Of a stretch of 64,000 bases of DNA, positions 62,900-64,000 are shown piece after piece; position 1 is the stretch's first letter; each line of letters begins with the position of its first letter. The DNA comes from Camelus ferus. Lineage: Eukaryota. The stretch lies in the NCBI RefSeq assembly GCF_009834535.1, contig NC_045696.1:107014001-107078000 (forward strand), in the 5' to 3' direction. Position numbers and translations under genes: made by a program. The notes below the pieces were generated by a model. The model had not been told where the DNA came from. It saw only the letters and a program-made list of their open reading frames with translations, and did no database searches.

Positions 62900-63900
62900 G
62901 TTCAAAGGAAGTTAAAGTGTTTCCAGTTTAGTAATTCTCACTGGCTCCAAGCAGACACAAAGAAAATTCCTCTATGGAAAAATCCTTCCCATATGTTGGG
63001 CCCTCAAAAGTCCCACAGAGTAAACATATGCACGCAGCGTGCACACACACACACACACACACACAACTACAAAACCCACACAAGGAAACAAGTAAGCCTG
63101 AATAAGAATCAGTATAAACACAAAAACATAGCTGACATCCAAGCACCTTAAATATTCTCAAAAGCAGACTTTAAAGTAACTATTATGAAATGTTTAAAGA
63201 ATCAAAGATAGAATTTTAACAGTGAGCAAGTAACTAGAAGGTATTAAAAATGACCTAATGGGTTCTCTAAAAGGCCAAAAATGCTTTTAGAAATAAAAAT
63301 ATAATACTTGAAATTAAAATTAAATGGTTGGGTTGAACAGATTAGCTACAACTGAAAAAAAAAAAAAAACTATGAACTGAAATATGGAGCTGAAGAAATT
63401 CTCTCAGTTCAAGCACAGACAAATGAAAAGATGAAAACATAAAAAGTTAAAAGGTGTGGGGAAGAGCAACATGCATCCAACCAGAGTACCAGAGGAAAGA
63501 ATAGAGAGAATGGAGGAGAAAACTGAACAGGAAATGGCTTAGAATTTTCTAGAACTGATAATAAAACATGAATCTTCAGAAATAGGAAGTACAACATAGA
63601 CTAAGCAGGACAAATAAAAATAAACCCACAGACACATTATGGTGAAAGTACAGACCACTAAAGACAAGGAGATCTTAAAGGTACTCAAAGAACAGAAAAA
63701 CAGATCACCCACAAAAGAACAGCAAATGAACAGCAACCATGGAAACTTGAAGTCAGTGAAATGATATGTTCAAAGTGCTGAGAGAAAATGACTGTCAACC
63801 TGGAACTATACTCGGCAAAACTCTCTTGCATATAAACAAAAATTCACAGTGTGCCACCAGGAGAAGTTCAGCAAAGAAATTCTAGAAAATGTGCTTCAGG
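62900..63900 (+). mobile_element. Old L1M ORF1-region remnant
   Basis: 'ccagagtaccagagga', 'aaatggcttagaattttctagaactgat', 'cagacacattatggtgaaa', 'tgttcaaagtgctgagagaaaatgactgtcaacctggaacta'. Confidence 0.7.
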
Positions 63901-64000
63901 TCTCATATTGGTCTTTTATCTAAGACATGCATACTCAGTGAGATGACATCAACCCCTAGGGAGAGAAAATTCATTCTTGGTAGGCATTTAAAAAAAAATC

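Overview
Mammalian genomic DNA, very probably camelid (camel/alpaca/llama), judged from several tRNA-Ala-derived Vic-1-type SINEs. I can support no intact protein-coding gene; the window looks intergenic or deep-intronic, and most listed ORFs are chance ORFs in repeats. It is dominated by interspersed repeats: young 5'-truncated L1 3' ends with TSDs, old L1M/HAL1, L2, MIR, CR1/L3, MaLR/ERVL LTRs and hAT MITEs. Main items: (1) a nearly full-length but dead hAT-Charlie/Buster-type transposase fossil (~15515-17158, +) ending in a Charlie4z-like terminus, with an L1 fragment, a CYCT retrocopy and a SINE in or beside it; (2) a 5'-truncated testis cytochrome c (CYCT) retrocopy with a 46-bp target-site duplication; (3) a tailless, internally primed 7SL retropseudogene (60852-61066, -); (4) a second, hAT-Tip100-type transposase remnant (~41.6-41.9 kb, -); (5) a near-perfect 132-bp tandem duplication; (6) a CpG-retaining promoter-like patch and CTCF-like motif cluster at ~11.9-13.4 kb, plus candidate exons of unknown transcripts. 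I found no convincing novel multi-gene system. Repeat family names come from remembered consensus sequences and old-repeat boundaries are approximate; both need RepeatMasker/Dfam confirmation.
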